A stretch of DNA of 32,000 bases from Parasynechococcus marenigrum WH 8102. Its GTDB lineage: Bacteria > Cyanobacteriota > Cyanobacteriia > PCC-6307 > Cyanobiaceae. Of the stretch, positions 1-9,273 are shown piece by piece. The notes under the pieces are model-generated. The model saw nothing but the letters and a program-made list of their open reading frames with translations. It made no database searches and had not been told where the DNA came from. Each line of letters starts with the position of its first letter. Position 1 is the stretch's first letter. Both the position numbers and the translations under genes were made by a program. The stretch is taken from NCBI RefSeq assembly GCF_000195975.1, contig NC_005070.1:300001-332000 (forward strand), written 5' to 3'.

Positions 1-197
1 ATCTGTTGCTGGTCAATCCCATTGACCGGCCGGGCCAGGGATTTTCCATGCCCTACAACGGCGGCTGGCTGTTGGGGGATGGATGGACCAAGCAGCTTCC
101 GGTGACCGGAAAGTTGCAGCTGGCCCATCAGCTGCTGGATACTCTTCTTGACGTCAGCCAGCAAGTCCCGTCGAGTCCTGTCCCAGCAGGTCAATGA
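1..197 (+). CDS. coaBC: 3' end of bifunctional phosphopantothenoylcysteine decarboxylase / phosphopantothenate-cysteine ligase (CoaBC/Dfp), truncated by the window edge
   Basis: Frame 3 is open from the window edge to TGA at 195-197. The tail LLVNPIDRPGQGFSMPYNGGWLLGDGWTKQLPVTGKLQLAHQLLD aligns by eye with the remembered E. coli Dfp C-terminus (..ANDVSQPTQGFNSDNNALHLF..DKVLPLERKELLGQLLLDEI). Third codon positions are G/C-rich. Confidence 0.55.
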   Translation, partial: LLLVNPIDRPGQGFSMPYNGGWLLGDGWTKQLPVTGKLQLAHQLLDTLLDVSQQVPSSPVPAGQ

Positions 198-459
198 AGG
201 TGCGCAACTGAAGCCTTGGGATGTAGGGCCAACCGCCGCTTTTCTCCATGGTTTGGAGCAGAGAAAACAGCTTTTGGCGATTTTCTGGAAGGCTCTGGCG
301 GAACTGACCCTCCTGCACATCGCGATGGACAGCCTCTAATTCCCGCAGCAGCAGCAGCAGGTTGTCGGGACTGTTCTGTTCCTGATCCGCCAGCGCACGC
401 AGTTCCTGAAGCAGTGGTGCCAGCCGGTCGTGCAGTGGTTGGTGCTCTTGGCTGTCCAA
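154..459 (-). CDS. Conserved-looking hypothetical protein of about 100 aa; start uncertain (ORF is open up to 639; TTG at 459 proposed)
   Basis: Track ORF 154..639. Codon bias looks coding from about 460 downward. The upstream part would run into the psbO start region, and there is no internal ATG before residue 'QTMEK'. An in-frame TTG lies at 457-459. I recognise no family. Confidence 0.45.
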   Translation of the reverse strand: MDSQEHQPLHDRLAPLLQELRALADQEQNSPDNLLLLLRELEAVHRDVQEGQFRQSLPENRQKLFSLLQTMEKSGGWPYIPRLQLRTFIDLLGQDSTGLAG

Positions 460-580
460 AGGACTCCTGAAAGATGTTGAGAGCTGCGAAAGGCTAGCCG
501 TGATGCCGGTTTGAGCCCTGTAGGATCCGCGACTGACGGTGATCCCCGTCTGTACAGCGTTCAGCCCTCCGGCTTCTCCC

Positions 581-1411
581 ATGCGCATCCGTCCTCTGCT
601 GGCCGTCGTGCTGGCGCTCTGCCTCGCTTTCTTCACCACGGCCTGCAGTGGCGACAGTGAAGCTGTTCAGCGTGGCGCGTCCAACGTCACCTACGACGAC
701 ATCCACAACACCGGTAAAGCCAACGATTGCCCCACGATTGGCGATTCCGCCCGTGGTTCGATCGCTCTGAGCGTTGGCGGCAGCTACGAACTGCGTGATG
801 TCTGCATGCATCCCGTGCAGGTGTATGCCAAGGAGGAGCCCAAGAACGTGCGCCAGCAGGCCGAGTTCGTTGAGGGCAAGATTCTGACCCGTTACACCTC
901 CAGCCTTGACGAGGTCTACGGCGATCTGAAGGTGACCGAGTCCGGACTCGAATTCCAGGAGAAAGGCGGCATCGACTTCCAGCCCATCACCGTTCTGGTG
1001 CCCGGCGGTGAAGAGTTCCCCTTCACCTTCTCCAGCAAGTCGCTCAAGGCCACTGCCGATGGTGACGCTCTGACCACCAGCACGGATTTCGAAGGCACCT
1101 ACCGCACCCCCAGCTACCGCACCAGCAACTTCATCGATCCCAAGGGACGGGCTTTGACAACTGGTGTGCAGTACGCCCAGGGTCTGGTGGCTCTCGGCGG
1201 TGACGACGAGCAGTTGGAGAAGGACAACAACAAGCGCTACATCGATGGCGTCGGCACGATGAGCTTGTCCATCACCAAGGTTGATCCTGAAACCGGTGAG
1301 TTTGCCGGTGTGTTCAGTGCCATTCAGCCCTCCGACTCCGACATGGGCGGCCGTGAAGTGGTGGATATCAAGATCACCGGTGAGCTCTACGGACGGCTTG
1401 AAGAGGCCTGA
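581..1411 (+). CDS. psbO: Photosystem II manganese-stabilising protein PsbO (precursor with signal peptide and lipobox-like 'TTAC')
   Basis: Track ORF 539..1411, trimmed to ATG 581 (MRIRPLLAVVLALCLAFFTTACSG signal). The remainder is typical PsbO (..TYDDIHNTGKANDCP.., ..GGEEFPFTF.., ..GVFSAIQPSDSDMGG..). Confidence 0.95.
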   Translation: MRIRPLLAVVLALCLAFFTTACSGDSEAVQRGASNVTYDDIHNTGKANDCPTIGDSARGSIALSVGGSYELRDVCMHPVQVYAKEEPKNVRQQAEFVEGKILTRYTSSLDEVYGDLKVTESGLEFQEKGGIDFQPITVLVPGGEEFPFTFSSKSLKATADGDALTTSTDFEGTYRTPSYRTSNFIDPKGRALTTGVQYAQGLVALGGDDEQLEKDNNKRYIDGVGTMSLSITKVDPETGEFAGVFSAIQPSDSDMGGREVVDIKITGELYGRLEEA

Positions 1412-1442
1412 TTCCAACGATCAGTCGTTTCAACGTCATCAA

Positions 1443-1464
1443 GGGGGCTTCGGCCCCCTTTTTT
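1443..1464 (+). terminator. Rho-independent terminator after psbO
   Basis: GGGGGC (1443-1448), TTCG loop, GCCCCC (1453-1458), then six T (1459-1464), 32 nt after the psbO stop. Confidence 0.8.
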
Positions 1465-1472
1465 GATGCCTG

Positions 1473-1500
1473 GTGACAAATCGCGATGATCTGGGAGAAT
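1473..1500 (+). promoter_or_regulatory. Candidate sigma70-type promoter for sat
   Basis: GTGACA (1473-1478), 16-nt spacer, GAGAAT (1495-1500) preceded by TGn (1492-1494), about 22 nt upstream of ATG 1523. Motif match only. Confidence 0.25.
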
Positions 1501-1522
1501 CGCCCGGACTTCAGGCCTTGCC

Positions 1523-2695
1523 ATGACCGCCAGCGCACCTGCTTCTGCCCAGCGATCCGGTGTGATTGCTCCCTACGGCGGGTCCCTGGTGGATCTGATG
1601 GTGCCTCAGGAGGAGCGGGAGGCCGTCAAGGCCACGACCACCAAGTCGCTGGAATGCTCCGATCGCAATGCCTGCGATGTGGAACTGCTGGTGGTGGGTG
1701 GTTTCTCCCCCCTCCGCGGCTTCATGCATCAGGAGGACTACGACGCTGTGGTGAGCGGCCATCGCCTGGTGGCCGGTCAGCTGTTCGGGCTGCCGATCGT
1801 GATGGACACCGACCGTGAGGACGTGGTGGTCGGCGACACAGTGCTACTGACGTACAAGGGTCAGAACTTGGCTGTCCTGCAGGTGGAAGCCAAATGGGAA
1901 CCCAACAAGGTGGTCGAGGCCAAGGGTTGTTACGGCACCACATCGATCGAACACCCAGCGGTGCGGATGATCACCATGGAGCGCAAGCGCTTCTACCTGG
2001 GTGGCAGTCTTAATGGTCTTGAACTGCCCCAGCGTGTCTTCCCCTGCAAAACACCGGCAGAGGTGCGCGCCGGCCTGCCCGACGGTGAAGACGTGGTGGC
2101 CTTCCAGTGCCGCAACCCGATCCACCGTGCCCACTACGAGCTGTTCACCCGCGCCCTGCACGCTCAGAACGTGAGCGAGAACGCCGTGGTGCTGGTGCAT
2201 CCCACCTGTGGCCCCACCCAGCAGGACGACATTCCCGGTGCAGTGCGCTTCCAGACCTATGAACGTCTGGCGGCTGAAGTGAATAACGATCGGATCCGCT
2301 GGGCCTATCTGCCCTATGCGATGCACATGGCGGGTCCTCGCGAGGCCCTGCAGCACATGATCATCCGCCGCAACTACGGCTGCACCCACTTCATCATCGG
2401 CCGCGACATGGCGGGATGTAAGTCCTCCCTGACTGGTGACGACTTCTACGGCCCCTATGACGCCCAGAACTTCGCCAAGGAATGCGCTCCTGAGCTGACC
2501 ATGGAAACGGTGCCCTCCTTGAACCTCGTTTATACCGAGGAAGAGGGATACGTCACCGCCGAGCACGCCGAAGCCCGTGGCCTGCATGTGAAGAAGCTCA
2601 GCGGTACGCAATTCCGCAAGATGCTGCGCGGCGGCGAGGAAATCCCCGAGTGGTTCGCCTTCAAGAGCGTGGTTGAGGTGCTGCGCGCCGCCTGA
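1523..2695 (+). CDS. sat: Sulfate adenylyltransferase (ATP sulfurylase)
   Basis: 390-aa ORF with the ATP-sulfurylase motifs QCRNPIHRAHYEL and HFIIGRDMAG. Confidence 0.95.
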   Translation: MTASAPASAQRSGVIAPYGGSLVDLMVPQEEREAVKATTTKSLECSDRNACDVELLVVGGFSPLRGFMHQEDYDAVVSGHRLVAGQLFGLPIVMDTDREDVVVGDTVLLTYKGQNLAVLQVEAKWEPNKVVEAKGCYGTTSIEHPAVRMITMERKRFYLGGSLNGLELPQRVFPCKTPAEVRAGLPDGEDVVAFQCRNPIHRAHYELFTRALHAQNVSENAVVLVHPTCGPTQQDDIPGAVRFQTYERLAAEVNNDRIRWAYLPYAMHMAGPREALQHMIIRRNYGCTHFIIGRDMAGCKSSLTGDDFYGPYDAQNFAKECAPELTMETVPSLNLVYTEEEGYVTAEHAEARGLHVKKLSGTQFRKMLRGGEEIPEWFAFKSVVEVLRAA

Positions 2696-2741
2696 TCCCT
2701 TAGGACCCGTTTAACATTCCTTCATCTGAGCGACGAGAGCC

Positions 2742-4589
2742 TTGAACAAGCGTTGGCGCAACATCGGCCTAACAGCCCTACTAGTCCTGGCGATCGTGGT
2801 GATCGCCCCGGCCTTCCTCGGCGGTGGTAACACCCAGCAGGAAGCGCGGACCATGCGCTACAGCGATTTCGTTGAAGCGGTTGAGGACAACCAGATCAGT
2901 CGTGTGCTGATCTCCCCGGATCGGGGCACAGCTCAGGTGGTGGAAAACGACGGCCGCCGCGCCCAGGTGAACCTGGCTCCCGATAAGGAGCTGCTGGGTC
3001 TGCTGACGCAGCACGACGTGGACATCGCTGTGCAGCCCACCCGCCAGGCTCCGGCCTGGCAGCAGGCCGCTGGAAGCCTGATCTTCCCGCTGCTGTTGCT
3101 GGGTGGGTTGTTCTTCCTCTTCCGCCGTGCCCAGGGCGGTGGCGGTGGCAATCCCGCCATGCAGTTCGGCAAGAGCAAGGCCAGGGTGCAGATGGAGCCC
3201 TCCACCCAGGTCACCTTCACCGATGTCGCCGGCATCGAAGGCGCCAAGCTCGAACTCACCGAGGTCGTCGACTTTCTCAAGAATCCTGATCGATTCACAG
3301 CCGTTGGCGCCAAGATCCCCAAGGGTGTGTTGCTGGTGGGCCCCCCAGGCACCGGTAAGACTCTGCTTGCTAAGGCCGTTGCAGGTGAGGCGGGTGTTCC
3401 CTTCTTCTCAATCTCCGGCTCTGAGTTCGTCGAGATGTTCGTGGGCGTCGGTGCCAGCCGTGTCCGTGACCTATTCGAACAGGCCAAGAAGAATGCCCCT
3501 TGCATCGTCTTTATCGACGAAATCGATGCTGTCGGCCGTCAACGTGGAGCAGGCCTTGGTGGCGGTAACGATGAGCGGGAACAAACCCTCAACCAGCTCC
3601 TGACGGAGATGGATGGTTTCGAGGGCAACACCGGCATCATCATTGTCGCGGCGACCAATCGCCCTGACGTCCTGGATGCTGCGCTGATGCGCCCCGGCCG
3701 TTTCGATCGACAGGTCACCGTTGATCGGCCCGATTACGCCGGTCGCCTCCAGATCCTCAATGTCCACGCCCGCGGTAAGACGTTGTCCAAGGACGTCGAC
3801 CTGGACAAAGTGGCGCGCCGGACCCCCGGCTATACCGGTGCTGATCTGGCCAACCTGCTGAATGAGGCTGCCATCCTGGCTGCCCGTCGCGAACTGACCG
3901 AGGTCAGCAACGACGAGATCAGTGATGCGATTGAGCGCGTCATGGCCGGTCCTGAGAAAAAGGATCGCGTCATGAGCGAACGCCGCAAGCGTTTGGTGGC
4001 GTATCACGAGGCTGGTCACGCTCTGGTCGGTGCTCTGATGCCCGACTACGACCCCGTCCAGAAGATCTCAATCATTCCCCGCGGAAATGCCGGTGGTCTC
4101 ACCTTCTTCACGCCCAGCGAGGAACGAATGGAGTCCGGTTTGTACTCCAGGGCTTATCTGCAGAACCAGATGGCGGTCGCCCTGGGTGGCCGTGTCGCTG
4201 AGGAGATTGTCTACGGCGAGGACGAAGTCACCACAGGTGCCTCCAACGACCTGCAGCAGGTGGCCTCAACGGCCCGTCAGATGATCACCCGCTTCGGCAT
4301 GAGCGATACCCTCGGCCCCGTGGCCCTTGGCCGCGCCCAGGGCGGAATGTTCCTCGGCCGCGATATTGCAGCAGAGCGTGACTTCTCTGAAGACACTGCC
4401 GCCACCATCGACCAGGAGGTGTCTGAGCTGGTGGACGTGGCTTACAAGAGGGCCACCAAAGTGTTGGTCGATAACCGGGCTGTGCTGGATGAACTAGCCG
4501 ACATGCTGGTGGAACAGGAGACTGTTGACGCCGAGGAGTTGCAGGAACTCCTGATTACCCGCGACGTCCGCGTTGCCGAATACATCTGA
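2742..4589 (+). CDS. ftsH: ATP-dependent zinc metalloprotease FtsH
   Basis: TTG start (MNKRWRN..), N-terminal TM segments, Walker A GPPGTGKT, Walker [12 protein letters not shown] region, zinc site HEAGHA. Confidence 0.95.
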   Translation: MNKRWRNIGLTALLVLAIVVIAPAFLGGGNTQQEARTMRYSDFVEAVEDNQISRVLISPDRGTAQVVENDGRRAQVNLAPDKELLGLLTQHDVDIAVQPTRQAPAWQQAAGSLIFPLLLLGGLFFLFRRAQGGGGGNPAMQFGKSKARVQMEPSTQVTFTDVAGIEGAKLELTEVVDFLKNPDRFTAVGAKIPKGVLLVGPPGTGKTLLAKAVAGEAGVPFFSISGSEFVEMFVGVGASRVRDLFEQAKKNAPCIVFIDEIDAVGRQRGAGLGGGNDEREQTLNQLLTEMDGFEGNTGIIIVAATNRPDVLDAALMRPGRFDRQVTVDRPDYAGRLQILNVHARGKTLSKDVDLDKVARRTPGYTGADLANLLNEAAILAARRELTEVSNDEISDAIERVMAGPEKKDRVMSERRKRLVAYHEAGHALVGALMPDYDPVQKISIIPRGNAGGLTFFTPSEERMESGLYSRAYLQNQMAVALGGRVAEEIVYGEDEVTTGASNDLQQVASTARQMITRFGMSDTLGPVALGRAQGGMFLGRDIAAERDFSEDTAATIDQEVSELVDVAYKRATKVLVDNRAVLDELADMLVEQETVDAEELQELLITRDVRVAEYI

Positions 4590-5244
4590 TCGACCGGTCT
4601 GGTTGCAGCAGCAGGAGGCGTTGATCGCCTCCCTGTCGGCCCAACCGATCCTGGTTGTGGTCCGCCCCGATCCGACTGATCTGGATGGTGATGATGGTCC
4701 GGGATCACTCCTGGATCATTTGTCATGTCTGGACGAAGTCGGTCTGCGGCATGTGGAGATCGGCTGGCAGCCCGACGGCAGATGGTGCTCCTTTGTTGCT
4801 CGGGTCCGTCAGCGTTGTCCCTCGCTGCAGTTGGGAGCTGCCTCGCTGCTCACGGCAGATGCCCTGGCGGATCTGGAGACCTGCGGACTGCCCTTCGCCA
4901 TGTCGCCCTGCCTCGATCCGGCCCTGCTTGAGCGGGCTCGACAACGCGGCATTCTGCTGGTGCCAGGGGTGTTCAGTCCCTCGGAAATTCAGCAGGCGGC
5001 GGCCATGGGTTGCGGTCTGGTCAAGCTGTTTCCAGCCTTCAGCGTTGGAATCGACTACATCCAGCGTCTACGCGCACCCCTCGGGCCGTTGCCGCAGGTG
5101 ATTGCTGCCGGAGGCCTGGGGGTGGGTGATGTGGATGCCTGGTTAACGGCAGGTCACGCTGCCGTGGCGCTGGGACGACGGGTCATCGACGTTCAGGGTC
5201 CTGATCCCGCCTTATTGCGGTGGCTGCAGACCACTGCTGGTTGA
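4573..5244 (+). CDS. KDPG/KHG aldolase (Eda)-family protein, divergent; start uncertain (TTG 4573 overlaps ftsH by 17 nt; alternative TTG 4603)
   Basis: Layout is typical of Eda-type aldolases: ..RHVEIGW.., ..LGAASLLT.., ..VPGVFSPSEIQQA.., ..VKLFPA.., ..AAGGL... Confidence 0.65.
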   Translation: MPNTSDRPVWLQQQEALIASLSAQPILVVVRPDPTDLDGDDGPGSLLDHLSCLDEVGLRHVEIGWQPDGRWCSFVARVRQRCPSLQLGAASLLTADALADLETCGLPFAMSPCLDPALLERARQRGILLVPGVFSPSEIQQAAAMGCGLVKLFPAFSVGIDYIQRLRAPLGPLPQVIAAGGLGVGDVDAWLTAGHAAVALGRRVIDVQGPDPALLRWLQTTAG

Positions 5245-5289
5245 CATGCGTCCAGGATGCTACAGATGAGATAGTCATTCCTCTGCGTG

Positions 5290-5730
5290 ATGTCGCAGCT
5301 CACGATCAAGCTCAGCGACAAGGCGGATGCCCTGATCGCTCAGCTCCAGAAGGAGATCTTCAACCGTCGGCGCAAGAAGGTTTCGGCCGCCGGCGTGGTG
5401 GAGACCCTGGTGGAAAGCGGTGCCAAGTCCCAGTCGGACAAACGCTTTGCCACCTCCTGGACCAATCTGATCAAGGACATCGAGAAGGCGGCCAAGCTGG
5501 CCTATGCCCATGGCAGCAAGCCCTCCACCCTCACCGATGAGGAGTGGGCCCTTGTTCTCAGCCATCGCAGTCGCTCCACCACGGCCCGTCCCCGGCGCAC
5601 GGTGAAGAAAAAAGTGGTGGCCACCAAGAAGCCGGCGTCCCGTCGCACCCGCACCCGTAGTTCCGCTGCTGCTGCAGTGGCGTCGACCCCCGTCAGCAGC
5701 AATGGCAAAGCGCCGGTGACCGCCGGCTGA
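5290..5730 (+). CDS. Hypothetical protein with a structured N-terminal half and a strongly basic, low-complexity C-terminal tail
   Basis: Track ORF 5287..5730 (GTG); ATG at 5290. Good GC3 bias. The tail is RSRSTTARPRRTVKKKVVATKKPASRRTRTRSS. No family recognised. Confidence 0.6.
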   Translation: MSQLTIKLSDKADALIAQLQKEIFNRRRKKVSAAGVVETLVESGAKSQSDKRFATSWTNLIKDIEKAAKLAYAHGSKPSTLTDEEWALVLSHRSRSTTARPRRTVKKKVVATKKPASRRTRTRSSAAAAVASTPVSSNGKAPVTAG

Positions 5731-5733
5731 CGC

Positions 5734-6825
5734 TCACCAGAGGCTGCACTGACCCTGCTGCCGCAGCAGGTGATCCGCCAGCACCAGCGCCACCATCGCC
5801 TCCACCATCGGCACGGCCCTCGGCAGCACACAGGGGTCGTGTCGACCCTTGCCGGCCAGGGTGGTGGCCTTGCCGTCGGAATCAATGGTCTGCTGTTCCT
5901 TGCGGATCGTGGCGGTGGGCTTGAACGCCACCCGGATCACAATCGGCTCGCCGTTGCTGATGCCGCCCTGGATGCCACCTGAGTTGTTGGTGGCCGTCTG
6001 CAGCCGTCCATCATCGGTGGGCACAAAGGCATCGTTGTGCTCGCTGCCCTTGAGCAGGGTTCCGCTGAAGCCAGAACCGATCTCAAAGCCCTTGGTGGCG
6101 GGGAGAGACATCACCGCCTTGGCCAGATCGGCCTCCAGCTTGTCGAACACAGGCATACCCAGCCCCGGAGCAGGGTTACGCACCACGCATTCGATCACGC
6201 CACCACATGAGTCGCCGTCGCGCCCGATCGCCTCGATCCGTTCCACCATCTGAGCGGCTGTGGAGGCATCCGGGCAGCGAACGATGTTGCTCTCGATGGC
6301 GTCCAGCGTTACCGCCTGGGGATCCACATTCGCCTCGATGGTGTGGATGCGTTTGACCCAGGCCAGAACCTCCGTGCCTGCGGCCTTTGCCAGCAGTTGC
6401 TTGGCGATTGCACCGGCGGCCACGCGCCCAATTGTTTCGCGGGCTGAGGCCCGCCCGCCACCACTGCGGGCCTGCACGCCGTATTTCACCTGGTAGGTGG
6501 CATCGGCATGAGAAGGCCGAAACGCCACGGCCATGTCCTTGTAGTCGCCGGGGCGCTGGTCCTTGTTGCGCACCAACATGGCGATCGGTGTTCCCAGGGT
6601 GGTCTGCCCATCGAGAAGGCCGCTGAGCACCTCCACCTGATCGGCTTCTTTGCGTGGGGTGGTGATGTGGCTCTGACCCGGCCGTCGCCGATCCAACTCC
6701 GCCTGGATGGCGTCAACATCCAGATCCAGGCGTGGAGGGCAGCCCTCCACGATCACGCCCACGCCACCGCCGTGGGACTCACCGAAGGTGCTGATCCGAA
6801 ACAGATCGCCGAAGCTGCTGCCCAT
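5734..6825 (-). CDS. aroC: Chorismate synthase
   Basis: Track ORF 5734..6906, trimmed to ATG 6825 ([23 protein letters not shown]..), the canonical AroC N-terminus. The trimmed start removes the overlap with the upstream gene. Confidence 0.95.
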
Positions 6826-6848
6826 GGAGTTTCCGCTCTGCCAGGAGG

Positions 6849-7610
6849 CTACGAAGCCGTCGCGCGCAGCAGTGCCCGTTCCCGCATGTTCTGCAGGCGT
6901 TGCCACAGCTGGGCAATGGCAAGAAACAGCCAGCTCATGGCCACCAGCCAGAAGGGCTGGTCACGGCGGAACACATCGAACAGCAGCACAACCCGTGGCT
7001 GGTCCGACGGGTTCACGGCGGAATGGAGGAAGGTGTCGTCCCAGAGGAAGCCTTCTCCTTCCTGCAGGTGATACGTCTTGCCATCGATCAGCAGTTCACA
7101 GGAGCTGCATCCATCCCCCAGATCGGCCACATACAAGGGCAGGTGGAACCGCCAGACGCCTTTGAACGGACCTTTGTGGGGCCGCAGCACTTTTCGCGGT
7201 GGGAACAGGCTCACCGCGGCGGAAACCACATCGCGATGGCGGCTGAGAAAGCTCCTCAGACTTGGGATCAAGGCCTGATTGGCGGGGTAGTCGTAGCCGT
7301 AGCCCCGCAGAGGCAGCATTCCCCACACCTTGCGGTCGAATTCGTAGAGCGTGCGCTGCTGCTCCATGATCTCGTGGTTGGCCGGCAGGCGCCCCGAGAG
7401 AGCGACCTCAAGGGTTTCCCTGCGGATGGCATCGAAATTGCTGTGCAGTTCAGCGCTGGCAGGGAAGTGGTCGAGGGCCGGCACCACGGCGGGGTTGTGC
7501 AACGAGCGTTCGTAGCACCAGCGGGCGATTTCACGCCAGAAGCGGTAGTTCCAGGGGGCCCAGCGCAGCAGTTTCTTCCGCACAGCTCTTGCCCAATCGG
7601 GCGAAAGCAT
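6849..7610 (-). CDS. Aspartyl/asparaginyl beta-hydroxylase family (LpxO-like) Fe(II)/2-oxoglutarate dioxygenase with C-terminal TM segment
   Basis: 253-aa ORF. Pattern ..[18 protein letters not shown].. and ..[16 protein letters not shown].. (HxD/H-type 2-His motif context) matches the Asp/Asn beta-hydroxylase fold. Hydrophobic C-terminus [17 protein letters not shown] is native (38/60 at 7201-7260). Confidence 0.8.
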
Positions 7611-7627
7611 CGCATGTGCGTGAGCTG

Positions 7628-8269
7628 TTAAGCGTCTCCGACTATGAAGGACAGTCCTGCCAGGCCAAAGGAGCGATAGGGCTCAAATTCAAGATCACAA
7701 CGTAATGTCTTGAACTCCAAGAAAGCGTTACGAGCTCCTGAATTATCGAAACGTGTGCCACAATGATAATGCTCGAAAGCGAGAATTACTCCGTTGGTGA
7801 GGTGAGTTGAAACGCAGCGCAGTACTGCTCTGACTTCGGTGAAGGAGTGGAAAGTGATAAACAAGCATGCCAACTGATGTGGAAGTGGAGGCGGATTCGT
7901 TGAAGAAGTTGTAATGAACTTGACTGCTTCCATCTGCTGGGCACCAATGCCAGACCGCCAGCACCGATTCCTGAATGTCGCTTCAGACATTAGAGGAGTA
8001 TTGGGGAGCCAACGCGGATGCAGATCTCGTTCTGTTTGAGGTTCAGGGATGCTGTCAAAAGAGCTGTAAGCCCAGAGTTTCCTATTGATTGGCTGGCTTC
8101 GTACTGCCTTCCAAGCCATCTGAAATGTAATGAATCTCTGGCATCCAAACTCGACATAGTCACCATTAATTCGGTTAAAATGAAGAAGTCTTAGGGATTT
8201 TCGAAGAAATGCAGCGGTGTCCGCACTGTTTGCGCGCTGTTCCTGAAATCTGGACAGAATATGGTTCAT
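7628..8269 (-). CDS. TylF/MycF-like (macrocin O-methyltransferase family) homologue with substituted catalytic motifs
   Basis: 213-aa ORF. By eye it is collinear with TylF-family proteins: GDYVEFGCQRF / RKLWAYSSFDSIPEP / LACLFITFHSFTEV / GVILAFEHY correspond to GDxvExGVwRGG / RxvWxxDSFxGxPe / LxxDgDlYeST / GGxvxxDDY. Confidence 0.6.
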   Translation of the reverse strand: MNHILSRFQEQRANSADTAAFLRKSLRLLHFNRINGDYVEFGCQRFITFQMAWKAVRSQPINRKLWAYSSFDSIPEPQTERDLHPRWLPNTPLMSEATFRNRCWRSGIGAQQMEAVKFITTSSTNPPPLPHQLACLFITFHSFTEVRAVLRCVSTHLTNGVILAFEHYHCGTRFDNSGARNAFLEFKTLRCDLEFEPYRSFGLAGLSFIVGDA

Positions 8270-8280
8270 TCGCTTTATTG

Positions 8281-9273
8281 TTATGAGGATGGTGTCATTG
8301 ATAAGCGTCTCGAAGGCTCAATCTGCAACAGTAGTTCAAGTGCTTTCCGCAAGGTTGACGCCCAATCCATGTTTCTACGTCTTACCAGCAAAGTGTTGGG
8401 GTAAAAAGGGGATCGGTCGACATGGTCAGGCCAAGTCGTGACACTTTCACTGTCCAATACCACCACACAAGGAATACCAAGGGCACCCGCCATGTGGGCT
8501 GTCGTGTTGCTGATCGTTAAGACGCGTTGGACGGATGCGATCTGAAGGGCATATCCATCGAGGTCTTTGAACTGATCTATCCGACGAGCTGCTTTAACGG
8601 GTCGGCCACTCTTTTGAACGAGTTCTTTAAGACCAGCCCGCCCTTCCTGATACTGCAAAGATTGCACGCGACCTCGCACATCACGAATGAGCTCTGCCCA
8701 GTCTTCTAAAGAAGGTAGGCATTTATAGATCGCTTTTGAGTACCAAGAGATGCCAAGCCCTCGAGGGTTTATCGCAGATGCAGGTGGAGGAATCAGCGGC
8801 AGAAAGCTGTTGAAAATGAGCTCCTCGTTATGGGCATAGAACAATGCAAGTTGTTCATAGGTGGTCCAAGCCGTATCGTTATCCTGTGGTAGAGCGTCAT
8901 TGGTGCTGATGAAACGTACATAAGGAAAACTTCGCTGGAAGAGAGGAATTAGGCGCTCTTCGGTTTGAACAATGAGCTCGCTTACATCTGCAGCTGCTTT
9001 GGCTACAAGGTGAACCAGTCGTAGCTCATCACCAAGATCCCTCTTCCTTCCCTCCACAACGAGGGTCCTAACGCGATCGCAGGGTCCTCGCCATGGTCGG
9101 CCAGGCGAAGGCTTTTCCAGCATGGCTATTGCTTGAAAGGTTTTCCAGGCCTGTTTGTAGTAGCAGCAACGCTCCATTTTGTTGGCGGCTTCAGTCATGC
9201 TGATTAAATCGCTTTCAGCTTCTGCTTGACGAGCCTTTTCCACATGCCAGGACAAGTTGGAGAAGCGCATCAT
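8281..9273 (-). CDS. Glycosyltransferase family 9 (heptosyltransferase-fold)-like protein
   Basis: 330-aa ORF. ..RTLVVEGRKRDLGDELRLVHL.. (the 'GLGD' segment), ..GISWYS.., and ..DLDGYALQIASVQRVLTISNTTAHMAGALGIPCVVVL.. match the GT9-like layout seen in stand-alone or TPR-linked GT9 homologues. Confidence 0.65.
   Translation of the reverse strand: MMRFSNLSWHVEKARQAEAESDLISMTEAANKMERCCYYKQAWKTFQAIAMLEKPSPGRPWRGPCDRVRTLVVEGRKRDLGDELRLVHLVAKAAADVSELIVQTEERLIPLFQRSFPYVRFISTNDALPQDNDTAWTTYEQLALFYAHNEELIFNSFLPLIPPPASAINPRGLGISWYSKAIYKCLPSLEDWAELIRDVRGRVQSLQYQEGRAGLKELVQKSGRPVKAARRIDQFKDLDGYALQIASVQRVLTISNTTAHMAGALGIPCVVVLDSESVTTWPDHVDRSPFYPNTLLVRRRNMDWASTLRKALELLLQIEPSRRLSMTPSS

Noticed and set aside
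494-1417. 307-aa ORF on the - strand
   Set aside because: It is exactly antisense to psbO, whose product is unmistakable. The translation is low complexity (Gly/Ala/Val/Leu-rich), which is typical of shadow ORFs in 60% GC DNA.
6826-6906. 27-codon N-terminal extension of aroC in the track ORF, overlapping the hydroxylase 3' end by 58 nt
   Set aside because: The canonical AroC N-terminus ([19 protein letters not shown]) begins at ATG 6825. The extension is not AroC-like, and it creates an unnecessary overlap.
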